Of a stretch of 64,000 bases of DNA, positions 37,484 through 50,383 are shown piece after piece (the first letter of the stretch is position 1; every line of letters starts with the position of its first letter). The position numbers were made by a program, and so were the translations under genes. The stretch spans positions 230,313,567-230,377,566 of the forward strand of contig NC_134837.1 in NCBI RefSeq assembly GCF_004210375.1, given 5' to 3'. The DNA is from Tachypleus tridentatus. Lineage: Eukaryota. The notes below the pieces were generated by a model, which saw nothing but the letters and a program-made list of their open reading frames with translations, was not told where the DNA came from and searched no databases.

Positions 37484-39397
37484 TGATTTTGATTTGGCAG
37501 TTTGGAATTTGAAACATAATTCCTAGCAAAGTTCTACCTGATAGATTTGCCTATGAGAATTGCTATGTCATTATTAGCGTGCACTTGTATGCAAATATGC
37601 TTGTGATATACTTGGAAAAAAATCATATATTTCTTTCCAATATTGCTTTTCGACCAAATTTAGAGATAAAGAGCTGTTTTGTTTATTGTGCAAGTATCTA
37701 CTGAATTGAATTTGATTACGTGTGTATGGTAAATCATTGTGTTTCCATTAAACTTTCAATTTGTATTTAATCACCTCCTTCAATTTAGTCAGGTCATTTA
37801 GATGTGTATATGTAATACATATTATGTTGAGCCTAGCCACAGTAGGTACTAAAATTACGTGTAGGAGATCAGTGTATAAGATAATACCACAATGTAAAAC
37901 AAAGATTAAACCATGATCACAGACTTTGTTTTCTTGGAGTTTTCTGTCTCTTGTTGATGGGTATATTTGTACACTGCTTTGTGTGATCATTGTCTACATA
38001 AGTTTCTATTTTAGAAAAACTTAAAAGTGACATCTTCCAGACGAAGGAATTGCGTATAAGGAGAGAAGCTGGTCGCTAAAGGTAGTTCGCTGATACAAAA
38101 AAAAAAATGTTTTGGCTATAGAATCATGGAGAATCACAATAAATGATTTTATAGCTACTACTAACCCTTTAACTTGACCTTTTAGCTGTAGGAGGCACTG
38201 TGACTGAGTTGGATAGTTTTAACAAAGTATCCAGATTGTCACTAACCTGTGGGATTGAACTTCACTGCTGTGAGAAGAGTACAGGTACCTCTGCTCATCC
38301 ATCTCTTGAAGATATTTCAGTGTCAGGTAAGATAGAAAACACCTAGTAGAGAATATAATGACCCATGACCAGCTGAAGAATTCTTTGAGATGTAAGATAT
38401 ACTGCTAAAACTACAATTGGCTCACAACTTTTGAATGACAACTCATAATTTTGTCAATCTAGAGCAGAAATCACTTGTTTATGGGCACCACCACCAACTG
38501 AAACATTGTCTCAGCTATTGTTTGTCGAACTGCTTTTGGATATGTTCTGTTTTCACAACTACAGTTCTTTGATAGTGGCATGAAGCAGATCACTTTTAAC
38601 ATTCAAAAAGACAACTAAAGAAGATCTGCAGGCAGGTTACTCTATAACATACAGGTAGTTCAGTATCTTATGATGAGTCCAGATGATCCATTTCTTACTC
38701 ATTCAAACACTCGGACAAGGAGAAGCTCAGTCAACGGGACAGTGTTGTAGTTGGGTTGTACCAACATCTTACCCTCATCTTTGAAAAGCTTGAGTATAAA
38801 CCTGAGCTCAACTGTTGCAACCATGTCCTCTTGTTTTGGAACAGCTGCACTGGATATCATTTTGTGGTGATAGCTCTATTTGATTGTTGTCTGTATCAGC
38901 AGCAGGTAATTCACATGTGTCAATATGAACAGGAACGATGAAGAGTCTGCATAAACTGTAGATTAACAGAATGATTCAAACATAACTAACTATATGCCAT
39001 TCACAGATGAATTAGAAAGAATTTACAAATTTGTCCAATTCCTCAGAAGACGAAAGCAGGCTGTGATTGCTGTTACGTCTGCTTCATCAAATTAATTTTG
39101 TTTAGTCCAGAGGCATAAAATGGCCTAAATTAAAGAAAAACACAGATATCAAATACTTTTTTAAATTTAGTTATTCAACCTATTCTATGGAAAAAAAGTG
39201 ATAACCAATGAATATTTGCCAAGTTTTTTAAATAGTTTGATGATATTACCGAATTAAAAAATTGAGTATGTTTCAGTACATAACTATACTGTGTGACCAA
39301 AGCAACTAACACTGTGCTATAGTTTACAGTAGGCAGTAATAGCAGATGCCCTAGAACTAACAGTTGACAGTCTTGCAAGAAAGTATTCTTTTATATG

Positions 39398-39527
39398 TGT
39401 GTTTGTGTTAGTGTGTTTTTCTTATAGCAAAGCCACATTGGACTATCTGCTGAGCCCACTGAAGGGAATCGAACCCCTGATTTTAGCGGTGTAAGTCCAT
39501 CGACTTACCGCTGTACTAGCGGGGGAC
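39398..39527 (-). mobile_element. SINE-B copy with a perfect 11-bp target-site duplication.
   Basis: It has a (tg)n-like tail followed by cttatagcaaagccacattggactatctgctgagcccactgaagggaatcgaacccctg...cgggggac. The repeat tcttttatatg is at 39387-39397 and again at 39528-39538. Confidence 0.85.
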
Positions 39528-39744
39528 TCTTTTATATGAAACAAAAACTATTAATCCAACTACTAACAGGATGAAAAGGTGGAGTCCTTATAAAATATGA
39601 GGTTGAAAAATTATTAAAAGGATATATGCAAAAGAATCAGTGTTACTGGCTTATTTGAGCTAATATAATGAAGGTTTAGCATTTCTACCACATGGATTAT
39701 ATTTTAAAGTGCTTTCGATAGGGAAGTTTGTTTTGTTTAATGCT

Positions 39745-39862
39745 ATCTGTCACTACCCATAATTTTGATCTGCCGATCAGAGGAAGGAAAGCTGGCTTAG
39801 CAAAACCGGCTCTTGGGCAACCCTTTTAACAATGAATAAAGGAAATAACTGTCACATTATAG
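39745..39862 (-). mobile_element. SINE-A central-domain fragment, diverged.
   Basis: It contains ggaaggaaagctggcttagcaaaaccggctcttgggcaacccttttaacaatgaataaaggaaataactgtcacattata, which resembles the A central domain. Confidence 0.35.
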
Positions 39863-40256
39863 TTGAAAAGAGAAGCATATTCCCATTATCTACAGATTTC
39901 GAATCAGTGTTATAATCAAAGTTCGTACAAGGCATCAGTGAGGATGACAATGATGAACTCGTATGGGAAGCTGACTGATGAAAGTGAACTATCCGGATAA
40001 ATGAAATAATGTAAATTAGGTTTCTCCAGGTTTAGAAAATTTGGATATCGAAAAGAAAGCTCGTTTACTAGATTTTATGCGTGCAGTTAGTTTTCTTGTG
40101 CTTGTGGCTCCAGACTTCTTCAAAATCACAAAAGTTGTGCAATAAAATATGCACAAAAAACTCATATTTAAAAAGGTTAATAGTTACCTCTAATGTGAAC
40201 GGATTTAAAACAATAAAAATGCGTATTTTTCTTTTAATTTTGTTGCTTAGTTGTCT

Positions 40257-40505
40257 TGTTTGTTTGTTTGTTTTGGAATTTCGCACAAAGCTACTCGAGG
40301 GCTATCTGTGCTAGCCGTCCCTAATTTAGCAGTGTAAGACTAGAGGAAAGGCAGCTAGTCATCACCACCCACCGCCAACTCTTGGGCTACTCTTTTACCA
40401 ACGAATAGTGGGATTGACCGTCACATTATACACCCCCACGGCTGGGAGAGCGAGCATGTTTAGCGCGACGCGGGCGCGAATCCGCGACCCTCGGATTACG
40501 AGTCG
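40257..40505 (-). mobile_element. SINE-A copy truncated at the head end.
   Basis: It begins with a tail (gttt)n ggaatttcgcacaaagctactcgagggc and runs to ...gcgaatccgcgaccctcggattacgagtcg. The head's last ~30 bp are missing. Confidence 0.8.
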
Positions 40506-40559
40506 TCATTATAATAATCACAGAAAATATTTTCAATTTTGTTTTAGTCATTTAATTAT

Positions 40560-40836
40560 GTTTTTGTTTGTTTTTTAATTTCGCACAAAGTTACTCGTGG
40601 GCTATCTGTGCTAGCCGTCCCTAATGTAGTAATGTAAGACTAGAGAGAAGGCAGCTAGTCATCACCACCCACCGCCAATTCTTGGGTTTCTCTTTTATCA
40701 ACGAATAGTTGTATTGCCGTCACATTATAACGCCCCCACGGCTAAAAGGGCGAGCATGTTTGGTGCGACGGGGATGCGAACCCGCCACCCTCAGATTACG
40801 AGTCGCACGCCTTAACACGCTGGGCCATGCCGTGCC
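40560..40836 (-). mobile_element. SINE-A copy, 55 bp downstream of the previous copy (tandem pair, same orientation).
   Basis: It runs full length to ggccatgccgtgcc. Confidence 0.85.
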
Positions 40837-41342
40837 ATATTTAATTGTGAGGACTTTAACAAACACAATAACTTCTGCAATTAAAGAGTAATACTGACAT
40901 AAGTATATCATAGAGCAAAATTAATTTAATTATATTTTATTTAAATAAAGAAAAATTTTGTTGATTTCTTTTCAAAAATACATAAAATAAATAATATTAA
41001 ATTTAAGACAAAATAAAAAAATATCTCATTATATTATTTGACAACTTTTAATACTACACGTATTTACATTGTGATATAAAAGTGTTATGATATATTCTAA
41101 TCAACTACAATATAACATTTAGAAATCGGTTAATGACAGTTAGCCTCTCCTTAAAAAATTCCTTATTATCGTCTACTTGATTCTCATTGTTTTTCTTCTT
41201 AACATTCATTACTTTTAATAAGAAACAGCATAAAATACACAACATTATCAAGAAAAATGGTATATAAGATATAAGTTTTGCTATATTGACAGAAAGCTGA
41301 ATTTAGAAGACCTTATTTTGGATTAAGAATGATATAGGTAAA

Positions 41343-41622
41343 CCCCGGTCCGACATGATCAGGTAGTTTAGGCGATCGACTCGCAACTGGAGGGTCGCGA
41401 GTTTGAATCCTCGTTTCATCGAACATGCTAGCCCTTTCAACCTTGGGGTCGTTATATATGCAATGGTCAATCACATTATTCATTTGTAAAAGAGTTGCCC
41501 AAGAGTCAGTTATTGGTAGTGATAACTAGTTGTCTCCCCCTAGTCTTTTACTGGTAAATTAAGGACGATTAACGCAGATGACCCTCTTGTTGCTTTGCGC
41601 GAAATTAAAAATAAACAAACAA
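41343..41622 (+). mobile_element. SINE-A copy, strongly diverged.
   Basis: It runs from ccccggtccgacatgatcaggtagtttaggcg to gcgcgaaattaaaaataaacaaacaa. Confidence 0.7.
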
Positions 41623-42559
41623 GGTACCCTCCCTAGTGGTTCAGTTGTACGTTTGAAGACTTACGATGTTTTAATGTTAAAAATGGAAATAATTGAAAAT
41701 CTTACACCTGATAACTCATAGTTATCAAAGTAAAAAAGTAAAGGTGGTTGCTGTTGAACAGCTGCTTCCCCATGGTTGGTAGTTCCGAATTGTGCAATTC
41801 CATATTTACAGGTAAGAAGTGACTACACTCCACAATACAAAGAAGGAGAGCTCTGTACTTTTGTTAGTTCTATAGTCCTCTAGCATGTAATTATTATTTG
41901 AATATTTTAATTAATTTTTGGAACCAGATGGTCATTTAGGTTAGCCAACAACAACAATTCACCACCACATTGAAACAAACTGTGCAGGTTCTATCAGACA
42001 ACCACCACACAGGCTTCCTTGGAACATTAGGGATATAATAAGCACTTACGTAAAGTGGATTATGAAAAAGATGCATTGATTGTTGAAACTAGATAGCCTC
42101 AGAGAATGCTTGTTCATTTCTATCAGTGATCCATTTCTGCTACCATATACAGCAAATGTCTGGACACAATGAAAGGCACCCATTGGCTCAGCATCTGGCT
42201 TACATTTACTGGAACGTATAGCTGAATGGTAAGAGCAAACCTGAGACTGCTCTCAGTTGTCCAAAGGATCTGTACGAACTTCATATCATATTAGTCAGCC
42301 TGTGTGATACTAGCTACTTTTAAGTTGTTTAAAGAACGTACCTTGAGAGAGCTATAACGGAAAAGATGTCTATTCATTAACCATTTTTCGATGTTTCTCC
42401 CATGTTTCAGTTTGCCGATGAAAACCTGAGCATGGTTATTTTGTGGTAAGAAAGACAATCTTGAAAGTAAAGTTCACCTATGTATACACAAGTGGAGAGC
42501 ATTAAGATGTCTAAAAGTTATGTTACGATTGGAAAGTAGTCAAAGAGTGAACCCAATCT

Positions 42560-42800
42560 ATGACTGAAAATAATTATATAACTTCCTAAGTTTCATCACA
42601 TTACGAATAACCTGTGGAAAATTTCTCCAAGATTGGTATACCATTGTTTCAACTGGCTACAGGTGAGATACAATTTATGTGAAGTACATTTGGAGCACTG
42701 AAGAATGCTATAGTTGAGGCTCTGGCGTTGGTGTATTTGAGACAAGATAGTAGGTTAACCTTTAGTACTGATGCCAGCTATAGTATTATTGTCGCAAATT
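42560..42800 (+). pseudogene. Ty3/gypsy-like RT to RNase H junction fragment.
   Basis: The + frame reads F(M)*STFGALKNAIVEALALVYLRQDSRLTFSTDASYSIIVANLDG. This matches F.W....AF..LK..L...P.L..PD...PF.L.TDAS..G.GAVL. Confidence 0.5.
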
Positions 42801-43562
42801 TGGATGGGACAAAATGTTAAATGGGGTACATTTAAAGCTACTAATCATAGTTACTACATGGATAATAAATAGCTTTATGCAGTTATAGTTTTTAGCAAAC
42901 ATCTCCACTATTATTTATATAAAATGGCTTATGATATTAAGAAACCTGAAAAGGATGACTTCATGTTGCATCACGATGTTACATGAACATAACTTTATTT
43001 GTACACCATCAATTAGTTCAACAAAGTGGAAATGCAAGCAGTTTCTCGCCAGATGGTGAAAGCTAATTAATTTATTGAATGTTCAGATCCTTTGCTCCCC
43101 ACAGGAGTGAAAGGCATTGCATCATTAGTGAAGTATATGAAGTTCCTACTAGTTTACAATTAAGCTCTCAACCTTTTAATATTGTACACATAATGTAGCA
43201 TGACTAATGGTGTGCAATAATTTGCATTCCATGACATCAAGTGTTTGTATAATCATACAATATAAGCTGTATATTATATTAGCATTCATACACTGTTTTG
43301 AATGCTGATATTCCTCAAAACGAAGGATTACAAAATTTTACCTGAATTCATGCTTTGAAAACTTGAGTATTGAATTTAATCATATGCAGTTATCTTGAGA
43401 ATAGAATTAAGTCTTCTTTGTCATTAGAGTTTTTAAACGAGGATGGTCAACATAAACTTTGCGCAAGACCATCACAAAGAAGAAGATAATGTTTCAAAAG
43501 TTAAAATTGTAGTTTTTGCTACATGCATACGCGTTATAGATTTAGAAATAATGGTGATTCAC

Positions 43563-43682
43563 GTCCCCCGCTAGTACAACGGTAAGTCTACGGATTTACA
43601 ATGCTAAAATCATGGGTTCGATTTCCCTCGGTAGGCTCAGCAGATCGCTCGATGTGGGTTTGGTATAAGAAAAACACACACA
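43563..43682 (+). mobile_element. SINE-B copy.
   Basis: It contains gtcccccgctagtacaacggtaagtctacggatttacaatgctaaaatcatgggttcgatttccctcggtaggctcagcagatcgctcgatgtgggtttggtataagaaaaacacacac. Confidence 0.8.
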
Positions 43683-44166
43683 GTGTTGATTCATTTTGTA
43701 AATACGCCATATTTCAAAAGATCGTTATGTATTATTTGTACTGCTAAATAATGGGAAGAATAGAAATTTCGAAAGGCTGAGATAATTTTGCTTTGTTCGA
43801 TAATATTTCTTTCTTTCATATTTACTACATTTTCTCGTGCTGTCTTGGTAGCCATATTTTTATGTTCTTGATAACATAATAATTTTTATAAATTTTATGT
43901 TGAAATATGAAGCATTATGTGTGGTAGGCTTTCTCATCTATTATTTTAATGAAAGTTACATTAAAGATAAAAGGCATATAACTTTTCTTAGCACTATGTG
44001 CAGATTTTCGAGTTTTTTTTTTCAAAAACTTTAAAAATAATATTCAATACAAGCTTCTTCGTCAGGTATGTATTTTACATACAAACATTCTAGCGCATTG
44101 TAGCGGTATTTATAAATATATGATTACAGCTTCTTTGATAAATATATTTTACAGTTTGTATGGTGT

Positions 44167-44275
44167 TAATCACAAAGACATACAGTGAGCTATTTGTTTT
44201 ATGCCCACCAGGGCTATCAAAATCCGAATTTTAGTATCATAATAAGCTGTTGGATTTGACGCTGAACACTAGGGG
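44167..44275 (-). mobile_element. SINE-C-like diverged copy.
   Basis: It contains gtgttaatcacaaagacatacagtgagctatttgttttatgcccaccagggctatcaaaatccgaattttagtatcataataagc. Confidence 0.4.
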
Positions 44276-45466
44276 AAATGTAACAAATTTTTATAAAATA
44301 ACTAATAAAAAACTGATGCATTGGAATTTTGTAGTTATTAGTATAAAACATTTTTATTACATAGTAAGTTAAGTGATGCTCATTTACATCAGAATCATGT
44401 TTTTACAGTCCAGTGACACACTGCTTCTGTGGTTTCCTTCTAAAAATACCATTTTTTTGTTGTTTTTTCACATAATGGAGTTGGTACTGAAGAAAAAAAA
44501 TTTATGGTTATAAAAATTGAGATATTTCTGGTTACTTTAAAAGATGAAAACCCGACAGTTTGTAATGTATTTAACTGATATTTTTTAATAAGGTTATGTA
44601 CTGTATAGAATATTATCTACAGTTAATTTTGACTTGTGGTGCATATATTTTAAATAATGTTGTGTTAAATTTTTGTTTAGACCTTTTCAGTTCTGTGTTG
44701 AACTATACTGGCTTCCATTCATAATATTAAATGTGTTACACTTGAGTTTAATGGTGCTTTTTAAAGCTAATGAAACGATTATTTAGTGATATACAAGTTC
44801 TTTGGAAACAGTTTTTATTTATGAATCTTTGAACATCCAAGTTAAAGCTGATAGCAAATTCAGTGAACTGAAATCAAGCTCTTAAGATAATAGTAATAAT
44901 ATCAGTTGCTGTGACAATAACCTATATTTTATTTGCAGAATAAGACCATTGACTCAATATGGAATGACCGATAGCGAGTTCACGTAGTTTAGTGACTCAA
45001 GTTGTTTTATTGTAATCATTTTGATCAAGTTCTTACTGTTTACGTGTCAGGAAAAGTTACTTTCTGATTTCACGCTTATTCTGTCTTTACTAGTCTAAGT
45101 TTAATTTTATATTCGTATAGTCGTTTCTTATGCAAATTGAAATGCTCATATAACTATCTTAACAAAAAAAAAGAAAAAAGTATCGGTTGTCGTTTGTTTT
45201 CAACATTCTGGTGTGATAATTTTATAGAACTGATTCGATACTCGAATATACGACAAAAACAGATACGGCTGCGTGACGTAATGTTTGGTTTAACGATGTT
45301 TCCCAGTGTTTTAAGGCTCAGTTTTTAAAAATTTAAATTCCAAATACATACCAAAAGAATTGTGACAAAATATTTTGTAATATCCTGATACCAAACACAG
45401 GAAGTATTTAATAAACCGATCAGAAGCCAATTGAAGATGTCACCTGTGATTATGATTAGTAGTGAA

Positions 45467-45724
45467 GGCCAGGCATGGCCGAGCGCGTAAGGCGTGCGAC
45501 TCGTAATCCGAGGGGCGCGGGTTCGCGCCCGCGTCGCGCTAAACATGTTCGCCCCTTCAGCTCCCACGGCGTTATAATGTTACAACCAATCCCACTATTC
45601 GTTGGTAAAAGAGTAGACCAATAACTAGCTGCCTTCCCTCTAGTCTTACACTGCTAAATTAGGGACGGCTAGCACAGATAGCCCTCAAGTAGCTTTGTGC
45701 GAAATTCTAAAACAAACAAACAAA
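45467..45724 (+). mobile_element. SINE-A copy with a ~26 bp internal deletion and a perfect 12-bp target-site duplication.
   Basis: The CpG-rich head is ggccaggcatggccgagcgcgtaaggcgtgcgactcg...gcgcgggttcgcgcccgcg. The repeat atgattagtagt is present at 45452-45463 and again at 45725-45736. Confidence 0.9.
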
Positions 45725-48700
45725 ATGATTAGTAGTATAATAGTTAGAGACCATTATCATCAAGCATAATTGAATACGAACAGTTAAACAGCACCTATGT
45801 TTTTGAAATTGTATTTTAAATTATCATTGTAATAGAATTTAATTTAATTTAATTAATTACCTGTTCTCACTTTAGCAAATGAACAGCAACTAACCAGATT
45901 AATTCTGTAATTAAAAACGCCCCCAGTGTTAAGAGAGAAGGTTGATACTTATGGAGAGCACAGAACAGATAACCTTTTGGATAAATTTGTACTTCATAAT
46001 AAACAAACAAACTTTACCTCAGAAAGAAAGACTAATTGACTAAAATTATCATAACCTATTTCTATGCACGCTATTTTTATAGTAGTTACCTCTAGAAATT
46101 ACATAAATTTGACAAAATATTATAGATAAGGCAATTTTATTCTGTGACTGGTATATGGGAACTTTTAAAAGTGTATAGTTGAAAATGGAAACAAAAAGAT
46201 TTACTGAAGTTTTGGATCTTAAATATGAACAGGAGTTACATGAAGAAAACACTTTAAAAATTATCGTCGAGTCATGTAAGATCAAGCAACAAATATAGTT
46301 TATTTTGAAAAGGCTGTTTAGGCGTACATACTCATTTTTTAACAGCAGAGGAAAAGGGTACACTGCTAATCTATGTACTTTTATACATTTAAAGTTTTAG
46401 GTCAAATTGAGGAAATTATTTTTCATGTGTCACATATTATTTTTTGCATAGAGCTACTCAAAGGCTCTTTACATACAGTAATTCTTAATTTATAATTTAG
46501 AGACTAGAAAGAAGGCTGATAATTAACATTCCCATCATCAACTGTTGTCTGATCAAAGGTTTAAATTTGATCTCTACTCTTATAACACTTTCACGACGCA
46601 AAACTGGAGACCACACCACCATTCAGGATTCCCTCTCTCACCTTGACTTAGCAGCTAAGGATGCTGTCTATTTTAAAGTTGGTTGTTCTGAGCAAAAAGA
46701 AGTTATTTAGCTATCATCTTTCATACTCAGTCAGACTTGAGTGAGGTTGAATAATTGTTTATATTTATTTTCTACCTTTTGTTCTGGAGAAAACAATATC
46801 CTTCTTTATTACCTGTAGCTTGTTAATGTTTTGCTGATTGCATTTTTTGATTCAAAAGCCAGAGCAAGTGCTTGTTGATCATACTGTCCAGGAATTTCCT
46901 GACCAAACTCAACAGATTAGTGGTTCTATAGCTACCTGTTCCTAATATAAGCTTCTTTCCTGATAGTTTGTGTTCTGCCTGATTTCTAGCTGTCATTGAA
47001 GACGGAGAACAGAATGTACTTCACAAATGACCCAAGATGTGTTTTCTTGAGTTTCAATCTCCTCGAGACATTGTTGAATCATGTCATTGCTAGTTTGTGT
47101 TGGTGTTTTATGTGTATTTGTTGTTCTCTTTTACTATACAAACTCTTTCTTTTTTACATCCCTACAGTGTTTTATTTTCGGTAGATTTTTGAGAAGTTTC
47201 AGCTGCGTGTGTGTTTGCATGAAGCTCTTCATTGGCATATAGATCTTTCTGCATTTAGCTAAATGTTCTACAGATTTTGCATATCTTTCTCAAAGCTCAG
47301 GGTCTGTTTCTTTCCATATTAGATATTTTGGATTTATACACTTTAACTTTTATAAGTTAAATTCTCACTTTCTTGTAAGTTATAGCATTTGAGTCATAGA
47401 GCTCTTTCTCGTGTTTTTTGAATATCACTGTCTTGTTTTGCAAAGTTTCTAGTTGAGGTCTCCAGAGGAGTTTATACACTTTTCACCTGCAAGTTGAGAT
47501 GGATTGCTCAGTTATATTTGGAAGATCATTGTTGGTCATCTTAGCTTTTATTGCTTGTACTCGTTTTGAAACAAAGGCATTCTTATTATACTTTTCATTA
47601 GCTAGTTGTTGAAAAAGGTCTCATTTGGCTATTTTTTATTCCAACCTGGCTCCATCATAGTGGTATTATTCATAGTCAAGTGACGTGAATAATTATCAGC
47701 TTGTACTTACTGCTCTGAACCATTTGAGGTCAACAGAACCTTTACTACAAATATTTAGTAATGTTTAAGTTAAAGAAATTAATAAAATATAATTTGGGCT
47801 TAAAACTTAATTATAAGTTATCAATTTGTAAATTTAATGTAGTAAATAGTTTTGTGACTTTAATTTTGTCTTAAATTAAGTTCAGTGGAAATGTGTTATC
47901 CTTCACTTTTTTATTAATTTACAATGCATGTTTCATTCAAAATAATAATTTAGTTATTTTAATACATTCCACCAGATGATATATGAAGCAAATCACACTT
48001 ATTTAGAATCATATAAAGGCCAAGTGTAACATTTGTAAAAATGCAATATCTGTTTTCAAACTACACTCCTAATACACAATATTAAATTGGTTTGGTCATA
48101 CTTCTGACATTAAGGAGCTTTACACAATATCAGTTTCCAATAAGTCTTACACAGTTTTAATATAAAGAGTATAGAGCCATGGATATTAGCAAGACTGGTC
48201 CATAATTACTAACATATTTGTGAAGACATTGGTATGTTTAAAAATAAGACATACAATAATAATAATTAATCAATTATGATATTCTTCCCAATACTGAGGA
48301 TTGAACCTCTGATTTTCTGTTGTTCTTTATTTTTCAATATCTGCAAAAACTGTCGTACTTCAAGCTTGTAATCTTCATTTCAATTTCCGATATCAACTTT
48401 AGTGAATCTTTGGTTGCTTCTTATTTTGCCCTTGATTTTACCCACAATAATTTATGCCAACCCACCCTCAAATCTAATGATTTAATATGCTCGAAGTATC
48501 ACACATTTGGTTTCCTAACATTTCTAAGGGTTATCTTGTGTTTTTTTCTGTTCCAATGTTTTCAATAGTTTTCTTTTAATGTAGTTGATCTTCATCATTC
48601 ATGTTTCTATATATATTGATTATTTATGTTCCTATCTTCACCTTGATCTTGGTATAAGTGGCCCCTGTTGTTGCTTTCATGGATATCGACATCAGAACAG

Positions 48701-49910
48701 GGGAGCCACACAGGAGTGAAATTTGCTTACAGACAGTCATCATAAAATTTACTACTTACAAAACACCAGAACCCTAACACAGTGATGAACAAAGATCAAC
48801 AATATAAAAAAATATGATTTACCAATACTTATGCTAGTTTGCCTTGAAAACATAACATGTTTTGCAAAAAAGTCAAAGAAATTTTTGGTAAGCATAAATT
48901 AAAAATTATAACTTTGTAGTGAGCCAAGCCTTAAATACTTCCTGAATGGCTAATAAATGAAAATTTGAACTGAGCCAAAATGAAGTGATTAAAATTATCA
49001 GGCTCATTGTAATAGAATGTGAGATGTTGAAAAGTATGAAACAAAGTGTGATTTTAGTTGTAACGTTTAGTGATATTTTCCTTTAATAATTTATTATATA
49101 TTTTGATATATTTCTGTGATACTCCTAAGTTCACTGACTTCCCATAAGAATAATCACATAGGACCTGTAAAATAATAGGAAGTTTGACATAACATGAGGT
49201 GCAGTAGTAGATTTGAATTCTCCACCTCTGACTGCACTGTGAAAATATACAAGCTAAACACATTGTAAAATAGGATGAAAATTGTCTATTTATTTCACAA
49301 ACACAATCTAAACTTATGAATGACAGAACCTTTACTAAAATTTCCAGAAGTTTCTGTGAAGAAAAAGAAAGTAACTCAGTCTGTTCTAGTCTGAGAAAAC
49401 ATAACATTATATATACGAAACAATAATGATATCTCGTCAGTGTACATGAGCGACCTACACTACAGTGGGGCATTCCCATACAAAAATAAAGAAGTCTGTA
49501 TTCTATAAGAGTCAGTGGAAAAAATGCCAACTTTTACTCGCTATGGTCAATTTTACAGAAATATCTTCTCAAACGACATATCTAATACCATTGGTGAATT
49601 ATCATGCACAATATGGAATGAGAACAAAATAAACTTATTCACTTTCTTGACCAAAATTGTGTGGATGAAACTATTACACTCATATGCATGAAAATTTTTA
49701 AAATAAATGTTTTCAAACTTTGGATTGAAATAAAGGGGCCGACCTAATATGCAATCATAATACATATTTCATCTCCTTTTTACCTTCAGACTGTCTTTAA
49801 CCATCCGAGTCTTAAGATTAAAATTCTATTAAATGTGTGTTCATTTTTAGCTTTACACGTATATACTAGAGTGCTTTCTCTGCTAGCCGTTTTGAAGTGA
49901 TGGACTAGAG

Positions 49911-50176
49911 AGTTTGGTTGCTTGTTTTTGAATTTTGCGCAAAGTTACACGAGGGCTATCAAAGCTAGTCGTTCCTAATTTAGTAGTGTAAAGCTAGAGG
50001 AAAGCCAGTTAGTCATCACTACTCACCGCCAACTCTTGGGTTACTCTTTTATCAACGAATAGTTGGATTGACCGTCACACGGCTGAAATGGCGAGCATGT
50101 TTGGTGTGACGGGGATTTGAACCCGTGACTCTTAGATTACGAGTCGAGCGTCATAACCGACTGGCCATGTCAGGCC
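49911..50176 (-). mobile_element. SINE-A copy, diverged.
   Basis: It runs from gaattttgcgcaaagttacacgagggctatcaaagctag to ctggccatgtcaggcc. Confidence 0.8.
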
Positions 50177-50179
50177 AAT

Positions 50180-50383
50180 GGATTAGAGAGAGAGCAACTA
50201 GTCGACAGTACTTACTACCAACTCATGGACTAGTCTTTTACTAACATATAATGAGAATGATAATCACATTTAAATGGCCCATAGCTGAAACGACGAGCAT
50301 ATTTGCTAAACGGATTCAAATCTACTACCTGCAGGTTGCAATTCGAGATTCCTAACTACCTGGCCGTACAAGGCCTACAGCTA
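50180..50383 (-). mobile_element. SINE-A partial copy (central domain plus head), directly abutting the previous copy.
   Basis: It contains agcaactagtcgacagtacttactaccaactcatggactagtcttttactaac...ggccgtacaaggcc. Confidence 0.5.

Noticed and set aside
49054-49530. The longest track ORF (158 aa, minus strand).
   Set aside because: It is an AT-rich, low-complexity Cys/Leu/Tyr-rich translation with no recognisable domain, in unremarkable intergenic sequence.
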